Below are positions 19,922 through 29,811 of a stretch of 64,000 nucleotides of DNA, piece by piece. The notes under the pieces are model-generated. The model made no database searches. It worked only from the letters and a program-made list of their open reading frames with translations, and was not told the origin of the DNA. Where the stretch lies: contig DAOOTD010000001.1 in NCBI GenBank assembly GCA_035390125.1, positions 31,619 through 95,618 on the forward strand. The letters run 5' to 3'. Both the position numbers and the translations under genes were made by a program. This stretch comes from Candidatus Moraniibacteriota bacterium. GTDB lineage: Bacteria > Patescibacteriota > Minisyncoccia > Moranbacterales > GWC2-37-73. The number at the start of each line of letters is the position of its first letter. The stretch's first letter is position 1.

Positions 19922-20461
19922 ATGGCTGAAAGTAAAAAACCAGTATTGATGGGACCGAAAACAGAAGAGGGGATAAAAAAGGTTACCCAGAATCTCAAAA
20001 GAGAATCGGTCTTAAAGTCGGGCGGATTCGCCTTTTTGAAGTCCGGTTTAGCCCCAAACTGCCAAAGCTGTATCTTTAGCCACGAGTGCGAGCATTACGC
20101 GCCTGAAGCCAAATTTTGCCGAGCAGTGCTGGAATTTGAGAGCCAATTGGAGGACCAAATTATGGCTTTGCCCCAGATTCAGGAAATAGACCGCATTTTG
20201 GTCAAAAGGCTCGTGAGAAACTATGGCTTCCTATATATCACGGATAAGTGGTTAGCCAAAGCCTCTCCGTTCCTATTGGAAAACAAGCAGTTTGATTTTC
20301 AGCCAATCCTGAAAACCAGGACAGTTTATGAGCGCCTCATAATCCACTTCTGCAGTGCTTTAGGATTAACTCCGGAAGCTAGAAGCAGAATCGGACTGAA
20401 TGTGGCACAGACATATAGTTTGGCTAAAGAATTAAGCGAACTGGAATATGACGAAGATTAA
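19922..20461 (+). CDS. Putative terminase small subunit (assigned by position only)
   Basis: 179-aa ORF immediately upstream of, and overlapping, the large terminase gene. No diagnostic motif. Confidence 0.3.
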   Translation: MAESKKPVLMGPKTEEGIKKVTQNLKRESVLKSGGFAFLKSGLAPNCQSCIFSHECEHYAPEAKFCRAVLEFESQLEDQIMALPQIQEIDRILVKRLVRNYGFLYITDKWLAKASPFLLENKQFDFQPILKTRTVYERLIIHFCSALGLTPEARSRIGLNVAQTYSLAKELSELEYDED

Positions 20462-21986
20462 ACCCATCACCAGAGAAAAACTGATTGAATACAAAAAAGA
20501 CATTGTTGTCTTTCTTCAGGAACAATACATCCTAGAAGATGGTAAGCCGATTAAACTGGAGGAATTTCAAAAGAAAATCCTCAGAGATATTTTCCAGACC
20601 AAAAATACAAATGGTTTCAGGAAATACAACCTGGTTTTGATTGGCGTGCCAAAAAAGAATGGAAAATCCACGATGGCATCGGCAGTGGCTTTGTATTCCT
20701 TGTTTACTGAAATGAACGGCGAAGTTTACGGAGCGGCAGGCGACAAGGATCAGGCCAAAATTATTTTCCAGATGACCAAGCGAGCCATTGAAAGAAATCC
20801 CATTTTGCTTGATTCAGTGAGAATCTACAAAGATGAAATTGTGGTTCCCAGCACAAACAGTGTCTATCGCGTTCTCTCCGCTGACGCCCCAACTGCCCAT
20901 GGTTTGAATCCCTCCTGCGTGATTTTCGATGAACTTTGGAATCAACCCAATCGTGACCTGTATGACGCGCTAACGCAAAGTCCAGTCCGAAAAGAACCGC
21001 TGACTTTTGTGGTAACTTACGCCGGAACAGACCAGACCAGTTTGCTCTATGACATCTATCAGACAGGAATGCAAAAGCGAGACTCCAAAATGTATTTTTT
21101 CTGGAGTGAAAATAATTTGGCGAGCTGGGTGAATGAGGAATATCTGGAACAGCAACGGATGCGTCTGCCAGCTGGAGTGTATCAACGACTCCATGAGAAC
21201 AAGTGGGTGCAGGGTGAAAATGCGTTCATTCAAAAATCGGAAGTGGAAGCCTGTAAAGATTATGCTTTGAAGCCCCAGCTTAACGGCAGGGAAAATATAA
21301 AGTATTATCTGGCAGTGGATTTGGGATTAATCCGCGACAGAACAGTTTTGACGATTTGCCACAAAGATAAAAATGATAACCTTATTTATCTCGACTTCAT
21401 CAAAACTTATCAAGGCACCAAAAAGAACCCGGTGCTCATCAGCGACATTGAGTCGGATATCCTTTGGGCGAATCAAAATTTCAACATCAGAAAAGCCATT
21501 TTGGATATCTGGCAGATGAAAAACAGCGCCCAGAAATTAAAAAGGATGGGAGTGAGAATAGAAGAATTTACATTCACATCAAGCACTATTCAGAAATTAT
21601 CCCAGAACCTCTTCTACTTGTTTCATAATTCTCTCATCAGAATTTTCCCTTGCAAATTGCTGGAAGATGAACTACTGAGTCTGAACGCCGAAGAAAAATC
21701 GTATGGTTGGAGATTGGATCATAAGTCGGGAGGATTTTCTGACCATGTCATAAGTCTTGGGATGAGCAGTATGTTCGCCATCCAAGATGAACGGGCGAGT
21801 GCTGGAGTGCTCATTTCCGAAAGTCCAACTTTTGAAGAGTTCGAAGCCCAGCTCAAAAAAGAGGAACAGTTACGAGGCAAGGTCATTGAAGCAGGAGTAA
21901 AGAAGCCAGAACATATTAAACCTAAACAATCCTTTCCCACACTCAAAGAGTTGGAAGAGTTTCGGGCAAGGAAATACATTCTATGA
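20448..21986 (+). CDS. Phage terminase large subunit (Terminase_1-like)
   Basis: Walker A-like LIGVPKKNGKSTMAS. DELW. The C-terminal nuclease-like region contains acidic residues (AVDLGLIRDRT). Confidence 0.75.
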   Translation: MTKIKPITREKLIEYKKDIVVFLQEQYILEDGKPIKLEEFQKKILRDIFQTKNTNGFRKYNLVLIGVPKKNGKSTMASAVALYSLFTEMNGEVYGAAGDKDQAKIIFQMTKRAIERNPILLDSVRIYKDEIVVPSTNSVYRVLSADAPTAHGLNPSCVIFDELWNQPNRDLYDALTQSPVRKEPLTFVVTYAGTDQTSLLYDIYQTGMQKRDSKMYFFWSENNLASWVNEEYLEQQRMRLPAGVYQRLHENKWVQGENAFIQKSEVEACKDYALKPQLNGRENIKYYLAVDLGLIRDRTVLTICHKDKNDNLIYLDFIKTYQGTKKNPVLISDIESDILWANQNFNIRKAILDIWQMKNSAQKLKRMGVRIEEFTFTSSTIQKLSQNLFYLFHNSLIRIFPCKLLEDELLSLNAEEKSYGWRLDHKSGGFSDHVISLGMSSMFAIQDERASAGVLISESPTFEEFEAQLKKEEQLRGKVIEAGVKKPEHIKPKQSFPTLKELEEFRARKYIL

Positions 21987-22128
21987 AGACCAAAACCCAG
22001 TCGCTGTTATCGTCCCTGTTTATATCGGCATTATTCGCAACATTCATTTGGACAATGTATGAGCGCTATTGCCAAACAGTCAGATAATAGCTGTTGTCAG
22101 TCCCTTTTAATTTGTAATTTTAACCAAA

Positions 22129-22623
22129 ATGATAATCATTCAATTTTTACGAGAAGTGAGCGCGGGAAGATTCTTCCATAATTTGAAAGATGTGAAGAAA
22201 ATTCATCCAGTTTTTAAGCGGTATATTTCAGAAGTTGGTGAGGATAAGTATCTTATTAAAGACGATGAGAAAATAGTGGCAGAGTGTCGTTTTGATATTT
22301 CTGATTTGGAAATGCTTTGCGAAGCGCGATTCTATAATCTAAAAGGCGACCAAGAGTCGCTAAAAAAACTGATTGTTTTTACTCTTCCCAGATATATTGA
22401 TGAACGAGCTTTCATTGCCGACAGCAACGGTCTGGGATATTACTTCGATGCCACCAATCATTTCCTGATTGACGGTGATAAGTATTATTTAATCGGCAAT
22501 GATGATGAAAAGCTAATTCCCATTGAGCATTACCGCCTGCCGATAGAAGTGAAAAGGGAAGATTGGCAGGAAAAGCTGAAGAATCTCTTGGAAAAAGCCA
22601 AAAGCCAAGGAGTGGATAAGTAG
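22129..22623 (+). CDS. Hypothetical protein
   Basis: 164-aa ORF. No motif. Confidence 0.4.
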   Translation: MIIIQFLREVSAGRFFHNLKDVKKIHPVFKRYISEVGEDKYLIKDDEKIVAECRFDISDLEMLCEARFYNLKGDQESLKKLIVFTLPRYIDERAFIADSNGLGYYFDATNHFLIDGDKYYLIGNDDEKLIPIEHYRLPIEVKREDWQEKLKNLLEKAKSQGVDK

Positions 22624-22681
22624 GCCTTGATAGTATTCCCCAAAGAGCTATGGTGTGTCCATAAGTTAAGAGTAAAACAAA

Positions 22682-23533
22682 ATGGATCATATCAAAGACT
22701 ATTTGGATTACCTGAAACTGGAGCGGTGCTTAAGCGAGCACACGGTCAGGGTCTACAAAAACAATCTGCATGAGTTTCGTGATTATTTAGGAAAGAGCGG
22801 TTCAATTAGGGCGACAAAGAGGAAAGACATCCGAGCCTTCCTCTTTTCGTTAGCCAATCAGCCGATTACCAAAAGATTGAAACAAACGACCCTGCGAAAT
22901 TTCTTCAGATTCTTGGAAGACGAAAATATCATCAGAGATAATCCGATGAAAAATCTGCCGATGCCCAAAGTAATCAGCCGTGAGCCAAGTTATCTTTCAG
23001 AATTAGAAGTCAGGAAATTGATTGGCGCGGTGGAAAAGGATGAGTCCAAGTTTCAACCAAGAAACGAGGTGGCAGTTAGGATTTTAGCCGAGACAGGCTT
23101 TCGACTCAGTGAATTGACCAATATAAGCCTCAACGACATCAATTTGGAAAACAAAACCATCCGTATTAGGCGGAAAGGCAATGTGGAACAGGTTGTGCCG
23201 ATTAACAAAAGACTAGCCAAATTATTGAAAGTATTTATGAAGGGCAAAAAACCAAATGAACCGCTGATCAAAAGCAGTCTGGGGAAAAGAATGACTGCGA
23301 GGAGGGTTTCTTTGATGCTTCAGAAGTATTTGGAAAAAGCCGGAGTAGCAAGAAAAGGAATATCAGTCCATAGCCTTCGTCACAGCTATTGTGTGAGGCT
23401 TTTGGAAAAAGGGGCGAGTCTCCGGGCGACTCAGATTTTGCTCGGACATAAATCTATTGCTACGACGGAAAGATATATGCATCTCACTAAAAATCAGCTG
23501 GCGAAGGAAGTGAAGCTGTCCCAGATAGATTGA
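22682..23533 (+). CDS. Tyrosine recombinase, XerC/XerD-like (int3)
   Basis: N-terminal DYLDYLKLERCLSEHTVRVYKNNL. C-terminal HSLRHSYCVRLLEKGASLRATQILLGHKSIATTERYMHL. Confidence 0.85.
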   Translation: MDHIKDYLDYLKLERCLSEHTVRVYKNNLHEFRDYLGKSGSIRATKRKDIRAFLFSLANQPITKRLKQTTLRNFFRFLEDENIIRDNPMKNLPMPKVISREPSYLSELEVRKLIGAVEKDESKFQPRNEVAVRILAETGFRLSELTNISLNDINLENKTIRIRRKGNVEQVVPINKRLAKLLKVFMKGKKPNEPLIKSSLGKRMTARRVSLMLQKYLEKAGVARKGISVHSLRHSYCVRLLEKGASLRATQILLGHKSIATTERYMHLTKNQLAKEVKLSQID

Positions 23534-23688
23534 CCGGAGTTCTTTGAAAACTAAAAAAAGAAAACCGATAAGTTAATGGATGGAGAGACAGGATGGACGG
23601 GTTGATTTTCGCCGATATAAATGTAATAATAAAATCAACAATTAAATGCCTAACCCTTGTGAGTAAAATCGCAAGGTATGGTATGAAA

Positions 23689-23735
23689 ACCGACTAAAGT
23701 GTATTAAGCTCTCCATCCAGAGCACTTTAGTCGGT
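23689..23735. repeat. Perfect 13-bp inverted repeat accgactaaagtg / cactttagtcggt with a 21-nt spacer
   Basis: Seen directly. A direct copy of aaaaccgactaaa recurs at ~23834. Confidence 0.5.
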
Positions 23736-23850
23736 CATGTCTCGAAAGGGATATGGGTGTCCGCAAGGACATCGCTGGTGGGGAGCTTTGTGTTTTTCTG
23801 CCAGCGAAAACTGGCAGTTTTTTAATTCATTAAAAAAACCGACTAAAAAA

Positions 23851-24795
23851 ATGGAAACACAAAACAAGAAGTGCCAATTTTGCGGAGAAGAAATTCTTGC
23901 AGAAGCTAAAAAATGCAAACACTGCGGAGAATGGCTGGAGACAGGACACGAGCCAGTTAAAAATTCCAAGAGTAAAGTAGTCGCCTTTTTATTGGCTTGG
24001 CTTTTGGGAGGACTGGGAGCGCACAAGTTTTATCTGGGAAAAACAGGACAAGGTTTTCTGTATTTGATATTTTGTTGGACGCTGATTCCATCGTTTGTCG
24101 CTTTCTTTGAAGGCATCGGATACATCGCCAGCAGTGATGAAAAATTTGCGAGCAAATATATCAATGGTTCAAATAATAATGAAAACAAGAAAGAAAGTTC
24201 TTTCAAGAAAATACTGCTGGCAGTGATAATCGCGGTGGGTGCTTTCTCAATACTGCTGGTTGTGATCGGCAATTCAATGGACGAGGTTGAAAAGAAAAAG
24301 AACGAGGCTGTTGTCCAGCCAGCGGAAACTCCAAAGCAGGAAACAGCACCGATTGAAACTGCCCAGGAAAAAATCGTGAGCTATCGGGAATTGAAGAGCT
24401 ATGAAAAATCTGGCAAGACCTGGAAAAGCATAGTCATCCCTCCCAAAACTTCTCAGGCAGATTTGATCGCATTGGCTAAAGATCTGCACAAAAAAGATGC
24501 CAAGAGCTATTTTCACATTTTTGACGATGATGCCAAATTTCAGGAATATATGGATTGGGATATAAATTATGGGAAGGTGAGGGATAAAGACGGAAAAGTA
24601 AAAACGATAGATCAATGTTCAGATATGAATTATTGCCAATCGCTTGTCCAACAACAAAAATATGCCTATCCCTTTCCAGAGGCATGGAGTGACAAACACG
24701 AGATTGCCATGATCAACGAGATGCTCGACATCAGCAGTGGAATGATGAAGTGGAAGCTGTCCAGTCCGCTGGGAATTGAAATAGTGGGGTTATAG
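23851..24795 (+). CDS. TM2 domain-containing membrane protein with N-terminal zinc ribbon
   Basis: [21 protein letters not shown] (CxxC...CxxC). TM2 signature [30 protein letters not shown]. Start chosen at METQNKK within the listed ORF 23737-24795. Confidence 0.65.
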   Translation: METQNKKCQFCGEEILAEAKKCKHCGEWLETGHEPVKNSKSKVVAFLLAWLLGGLGAHKFYLGKTGQGFLYLIFCWTLIPSFVAFFEGIGYIASSDEKFASKYINGSNNNENKKESSFKKILLAVIIAVGAFSILLVVIGNSMDEVEKKKNEAVVQPAETPKQETAPIETAQEKIVSYRELKSYEKSGKTWKSIVIPPKTSQADLIALAKDLHKKDAKSYFHIFDDDAKFQEYMDWDINYGKVRDKDGKVKTIDQCSDMNYCQSLVQQQKYAYPFPEAWSDKHEIAMINEMLDISSGMMKWKLSSPLGIEIVGL

Positions 24796-24801
24796 GCTAA
24801 G

Positions 24802-24830
24802 AAAACCGGGGCGAAATGCCTCGGTTTTGT
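24802..24830 (+). terminator. Rho-independent terminator (aaaaccggggc-gaaat-gcctcggtttt)
   Basis: Interrupted GC hairpin followed by a T-run. Confidence 0.55.
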
Positions 24831-24964
24831 TATGCGGTGGCATCATTTACCCAACTTCAGATAAAAGTCGCACAAATCGCAGAATTTGGCGAAATTTAGG
24901 CTCTAAAACCCTTTACCAGAGGTCTGTTTTCTGCTAAAATTGAAGAATAAATGAGGTAAAAACG

Positions 24965-26284
24965 ATGAAGCAGAAAACCGCTCTGGACATTTTGAAATTG
25001 GGACACAATGTGTTCCTGACAGGCCCCGCCGGAAGCGGGAAAACTTTTTTATTGAACCAATATATCGATTATCTCAAAAGCAAAAATATCGGAGTGGCGG
25101 TGACAGCCTCCACTGGAATTGCCGCGACTCACATGAACGGGCAAACCATCCACAGCTGGTCAGGAATGGGCATCAAGGATGATCTGACTCAAGGGGATTT
25201 GCATAAACTCAAAGGCAAATTCTATTATCGCAAACGCTTTGCCAAAACTGGCGTCCTTATCATAGACGAAATATCCATGCTTCATGCTCATCAGTTGGAT
25301 ATGGTCAACAAAGTTTGCAAACTTTTCAAAGACCCATTCTTGCCATTTGGCGGATTGCAGGTAATTTTATGCGGAGATTTTTTTCAGCTTCCGCCAGTTG
25401 CCAAAGAAAACCAAAAATCCAAGTTTGTAATTGAGTCTTTGGCTTGGCAGGAAATGAATCCGCAAATCTGTTATCTGGAAGAACAATACCGCCAAGAGGA
25501 TGAAAAGATGACTAAAATTCTTAATGCCATCAGAAACCAGCAGGTGGATGATAAGATTTTGGGTTTAGTTTTGACGAGAGAAAATAAGCCGATCAGAAGC
25601 GATATTTATCCGACTAGGCTTTTTACTCACAACGCCAATGTGGATGCTATCAATAATTTAGAGCTGGACAGAATCAAAGAAAAACCTTTAGCCTACAAGA
25701 TGCACTCGGACGGCAATGAAAAATTGGTGAACATCATCAAAAAAGGATGCCTTGCTCCGGAACGGCTAGTGCTGAAAATTGGAGCGATGGTGATGTTTGT
25801 CAAAAACAATTTTGATCGCGGTTATGTTAACGGCACCTTAGGAAAAATCATTGGCTTTGACGAAAACAAATTGCCGATAGTGGAAACTTTTTCAGGAAAG
25901 GAAATTGTAGCGACTCCAGAAAAATGGGCGATTGAAGAAGATGATATAGTGATCGCATCTATCACTCAAATTCCACTTCGTTTGGCTTGGGCAATTACGG
26001 TTCACAAAAGTCAGGGAATGACACTGGACGCGGTGGAAATGGATTTGAGCAAATCATTCGAATACGGAATGGGATATGTGGCGTTGTCGCGCCTGCGAAC
26101 TTTGGATGGTATAAAGCTTTTGGGAATCAATGAAACCGCGCTAGAAGTTAATCCTGAAATTTGCGAACTGGACAAAACACTTCAGGAGTTATCTGAAGCC
26201 AGTGTGGTGGAAGTATCAAGCTTAAGCTGGTTTAATAAGAGGACGAAGCAGAAGGAGTTTGTGAAGAAGGTTTCAAAGATTTAG
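24965..26284 (+). CDS. Pif1/RecD-family ATP-dependent DNA helicase
   Basis: Walker A VFLTGPAGSGKTF. LIIDEISML. QLPPV. ITVHKSQGMTLD. Confidence 0.8.
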   Translation: MKQKTALDILKLGHNVFLTGPAGSGKTFLLNQYIDYLKSKNIGVAVTASTGIAATHMNGQTIHSWSGMGIKDDLTQGDLHKLKGKFYYRKRFAKTGVLIIDEISMLHAHQLDMVNKVCKLFKDPFLPFGGLQVILCGDFFQLPPVAKENQKSKFVIESLAWQEMNPQICYLEEQYRQEDEKMTKILNAIRNQQVDDKILGLVLTRENKPIRSDIYPTRLFTHNANVDAINNLELDRIKEKPLAYKMHSDGNEKLVNIIKKGCLAPERLVLKIGAMVMFVKNNFDRGYVNGTLGKIIGFDENKLPIVETFSGKEIVATPEKWAIEEDDIVIASITQIPLRLAWAITVHKSQGMTLDAVEMDLSKSFEYGMGYVALSRLRTLDGIKLLGINETALEVNPEICELDKTLQELSEASVVEVSSLSWFNKRTKQKEFVKKVSKI

Positions 26285-26386
26285 AGTCGGTGGCTTTTTC
26301 AAGCATTTGGGCTTAAGACAGTATTATTGACTAGTTTCCTTAATATGGTATACTGTAAATAATCATCTAAACCAACTTAAGAATAT

Positions 26387-27334
26387 ATGCAATATTTAGA
26401 CAAAAAAATCCAAAAAAGAATTGATGACAAATTGAAGTTGCTGAATTCTTTTCGTCCACTGCCATCCTCTGCAGTTAAAAAACTCAGGGAACAATTTGAA
26501 GTGGAAATGACCTATAATTCCAATGCGATTGAGGGTAACAGTTTGACTCTCAAAGAAACCTATCTGGTCATCAATGAGGGCATAACCATCAAAGGCAAGC
26601 CACTAAAGGATCATCTTGAGGCTAAAAGCCACAAGGAGGCTTTGGACTATTTGTATTCACTGGTGGAAAGCGGAAAGAACAATACCGTGTCGGAAAGGTT
26701 TATTAGATCGCTGAATCAAATCGTGATGCAAGATATTGATAAAGAATGGGCGGGAAAATACCGAAACAGCGGGGTGATTATTGGTGGAGCGGATCACAAA
26801 CCGCCGGAAGCTTTAGAGATTCCGAGACTGATGCAAAATCTTATCAGTTGGGTCGGGGATAACAGTAAGAAAAAAATGCACCCAGTGGAATTAGCCAGTA
26901 TTTTGCACCACAAGTTGGTCTATATCCATCCCTTTTTTGACGGCAACGGCCGGACTTCACGCTTGACGATGAATATTGTTCTGATGCAGTCAGGATTTCC
27001 CCTGGTAATTGTCTTAAAGAATGATCGCAAAAGATATTATCGGTCGCTGTCTCTGGCAGATAAGGGCGACTATGTTCCGTTTGTGAACTTCATTGCTCGG
27101 GCGGTGGAGAGAACATTGGATATTTATCTGAAAATACTAATGCCAAGCAAGAAAGGCAAAGAGGAATTTATCCCGTTGGCAGAATTAGCCAAGGATACAA
27201 AATTTACGGAAAAATATCTGAATCAACTGGCTCGCAGTGGAAAACTGGAGGCGCACAAGGAAGGACGCAATTGGCTTACCTCCAAAGATGCACTGAAAAG
27301 ATATTTGGACAGCAGGGAAAGAAAGAGGAAATAA
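26387..27334 (+). CDS. Fic/DOC family protein (AMPylase-type) with C-terminal HTH-like region
   Basis: Canonical Fic motif HPFFDGNGRTSRL. Confidence 0.85.
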   Translation: MQYLDKKIQKRIDDKLKLLNSFRPLPSSAVKKLREQFEVEMTYNSNAIEGNSLTLKETYLVINEGITIKGKPLKDHLEAKSHKEALDYLYSLVESGKNNTVSERFIRSLNQIVMQDIDKEWAGKYRNSGVIIGGADHKPPEALEIPRLMQNLISWVGDNSKKKMHPVELASILHHKLVYIHPFFDGNGRTSRLTMNIVLMQSGFPLVIVLKNDRKRYYRSLSLADKGDYVPFVNFIARAVERTLDIYLKILMPSKKGKEEFIPLAELAKDTKFTEKYLNQLARSGKLEAHKEGRNWLTSKDALKRYLDSRERKRK

Positions 27335-27346
27335 TCTTCGAATTCA

Positions 27347-28270
27347 ATGGCAATCTATGAATCGCAAATTAATACCTGGGCAAATCAAGGAGCGACAGTA
27401 AGTGCTGCCGCTACTTATACTTCGGTAAAAGCAGCTCTTGAACACGAAAAATCTCCCATAAAGGAACTTATTGCAAATAAAAAAGTAATTGTTTATCTTC
27501 AGGGTTCATACAGAAACGGAACTAATATCCGTGGCGACAGCGACGTGGATATTATCGTTGAATTGAAAAAAACTTTCGGACACGATTTATCCAGTCTTTC
27601 CAAAGAAGAGGCGATCCATCATGAATTATCCCATAGCCCGGCTACTTATACTTGGAAAGATTTTCGTTTGGACGTAATCAAAGCGCTGGAAAGTTATTAC
27701 GGAAAACTTCTTGTTGATTCTAGCGGTAATAAATCAATAAAATTGTTGCCGACATCCGGCAGAATTAAAGCCGATATTGTTCCAGTTATTCACTTTAGAA
27801 AATATTGGTCATTCAGTGGGTCGAATGATTATCTGGCGGAAGAAGGCATAAAATTTTATCACCTGAAATCTGGACATGCTATCGTGAATTATCCAAAACA
27901 TCATTATGATAATGGCGTTGAGAAAAATGATAAAAACAGAACAGCTGGATTATTCAAGCCATCTGTCAGGGTTTTCAAAAATGCACGAGAATATCTCATT
28001 GACAAGAGATTAATCACTGGCGACATTGCTCCGTCCTATTTTTTGCAGAGCCTTATTTATAATGTTCCGGACAGTTGTTTTTGCAACAGCAATCACGATA
28101 CCTACTTCAATGTTCTCAAACATCTTTATGAAAATTCTCTGGATGAATTTATTTGTCAGAATGAACAGACGCTGCTTTTCGGAGATACACAGGAGCAATG
28201 GAAAAAAGATGATGCGGAAAAGTTTATTGCTAATCTTGTTTATCTTTGGGATAACTGGGAAACGATATGA
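27347..28270 (+). CDS. cGAS/DncV-like nucleotidyltransferase (SMODS-domain CD-NTase) of a CBASS-type system
   Basis: GSYRNGTNIRGDSDVDIIV (GS...G...[DE]hDh Pol-beta NTase motif in the SMODS-characteristic form). Third acidic motif IKADIVPVIHF. Confidence 0.6.
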   Translation: MAIYESQINTWANQGATVSAAATYTSVKAALEHEKSPIKELIANKKVIVYLQGSYRNGTNIRGDSDVDIIVELKKTFGHDLSSLSKEEAIHHELSHSPATYTWKDFRLDVIKALESYYGKLLVDSSGNKSIKLLPTSGRIKADIVPVIHFRKYWSFSGSNDYLAEEGIKFYHLKSGHAIVNYPKHHYDNGVEKNDKNRTAGLFKPSVRVFKNAREYLIDKRLITGDIAPSYFLQSLIYNVPDSCFCNSNHDTYFNVLKHLYENSLDEFICQNEQTLLFGDTQEQWKKDDAEKFIANLVYLWDNWETI

Positions 28271-28857
28271 TGCACCCCTATTCAACGAATACCAATGAAA
28301 GAAAAATAATCCCTTTCTATCTTGCTTGTATAGCTATTGTTTTAACCTGGGGAATGAGCGCAATTCTTGCAAAACTGCAAATTTCTTTTCCTTGGTGGGC
28401 AAGCGCGCCATCAGTTATGGGAATATACGGTCTACTATATAGCGTATTTGACAAATTTATTTGGCGAAAACCCTTTTTGAAAAAATTGGGGATAATTAAA
28501 ACCCCGGATATTTCAGGAAAATGGAGGGGGAAGCTACAATCATCTTTCAATTCTCAAGATTTCGTAAATACTGATGTTAAAATATCTCAAACCTGGACAG
28601 AAATTGAAATTTTACTAAAGACCGATAATTCTTGTTCAAATAGTACGGTTGCTTCAATAATGGTAGGGGTTTCAAATAATGCCTCGCTTCATTATCAGTA
28701 TCAGAATAATCCCAAATCAAGTTCTGTTGATAGCATGCAAATCCATTATGGAACAACTTATTTATCCTGTTCTGGTGATAAATTAGAGGGCGAGTATTAT
28801 TCTGGGCGTGGTCGTCAGAATATTGGAAGCATAGAACTGCACAAGGTTATTGAATAA
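28267..28857 (+). CDS. Two-TM membrane effector (Cap15/S-2TM-beta-like) translationally coupled to the CD-NTase
   Basis: ATGA overlap with the upstream stop. Two N-terminal TM helices (IIPFYLACIAIVLTWGMSAILA; SAPSVMGIYGLLYSVF) followed by a ~110-aa beta-rich C-terminal domain. Confidence 0.5.
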   Translation: MMHPYSTNTNERKIIPFYLACIAIVLTWGMSAILAKLQISFPWWASAPSVMGIYGLLYSVFDKFIWRKPFLKKLGIIKTPDISGKWRGKLQSSFNSQDFVNTDVKISQTWTEIEILLKTDNSCSNSTVASIMVGVSNNASLHYQYQNNPKSSSVDSMQIHYGTTYLSCSGDKLEGEYYSGRGRQNIGSIELHKVIE

Positions 28858-28865
28858 GAAAAACT

Positions 28866-29591
28866 ATGCAACCAGCCTACAATTTAGACAAAATCAAATT
28901 CGCCACAGATCCGCCTACTTTTGAAAAGGCGGTGGCTTTGTATGAAAGCGGTAAAGTGACGGAATTTAAGGAGGGCATTGGTGCGTATTCTGCCATAGTC
29001 GCAGGAACGAAACCTTATCGAGTATCTGTTGAAGCTCGGCGATTTGGATTGGCTACTTGCACTTGTTATCTTGGGCAGAATGACACGCTTTGCAAACATA
29101 TGGTGGCCGTATCAATTTATGCGGTTATGCGAGGCAAGAAAATAAAGCCGGAAGACGCGAAGGTATTCAGTAGTTCGGTATGCAGTGGAAAACTTGGAAA
29201 ATTAAGTGAGGAAGAATTAAAGAAAATTAAACAAGAAATTACTTCAGCTCTAAAATATATCAAGGCATATAGCGGCCCATCACGAACATGGTTTGCTTAT
29301 CAGGCTTCGCTTTCAGAAGGATGCAATCGTTTGGCTAAAATTGTTTCCGAATTGCCAGCTGGCGAACAAACCGCAGAATTATTGGTCAGCCTCCTTTTGC
29401 GTCTGGATAAAAAACTGTGCACTGGAGGTGTGGATGATTCGGACGGTACTGTTGGCGGATTTATAGAAGAAGTTGTGGTTGTGCTTCAGGAATATGCGAA
29501 GCTTGATCCGGAATGCAAGAAGGCTCTCGTTGTTCTGGAAAAAACAGAGACTTGTTTCGGGTGGGAAGAACCGCTTTTGAAATTGAAATAG
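28866..29591 (+). CDS. SWIM zinc-finger domain protein
   Basis: CTCYLGQNDTLCKHMVAV (CxC-x9-CxH). Confidence 0.55.
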   Translation: MQPAYNLDKIKFATDPPTFEKAVALYESGKVTEFKEGIGAYSAIVAGTKPYRVSVEARRFGLATCTCYLGQNDTLCKHMVAVSIYAVMRGKKIKPEDAKVFSSSVCSGKLGKLSEEELKKIKQEITSALKYIKAYSGPSRTWFAYQASLSEGCNRLAKIVSELPAGEQTAELLVSLLLRLDKKLCTGGVDDSDGTVGGFIEEVVVVLQEYAKLDPECKKALVVLEKTETCFGWEEPLLKLK

Positions 29592-29771
29592 TCTCAATAA
29601 GATAAAAAACGCGTCATTTTGAACCGGCTTTGTAGAAAAGGGAATTACTTCCCCAGCAAGCAAAAAAGTCAGTTTTTTTATGGATAAATAAGCCTGTTTT
29701 AAGCTATATTTGACGATTTAGTGGACAGGTCGATTTGACAAATAATTGATATTACGGCATACTGAAAATAG

Positions 29772-29787
29772 CTTACCTATCGGTAAG
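29772..29787. promoter_or_regulatory. Palindromic operator candidate cttacc-tatc-ggtaag upstream of the TetR gene
   Basis: Perfect 6-4-6 inverted repeat 25 nt before the tetR start, downstream of a TTGACA-17-CATACT promoter-like element (29735-29763). Confidence 0.4.
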
Positions 29788-29811
29788 TAAATAAGAAGTA
29801 ACCAAGAAAGC

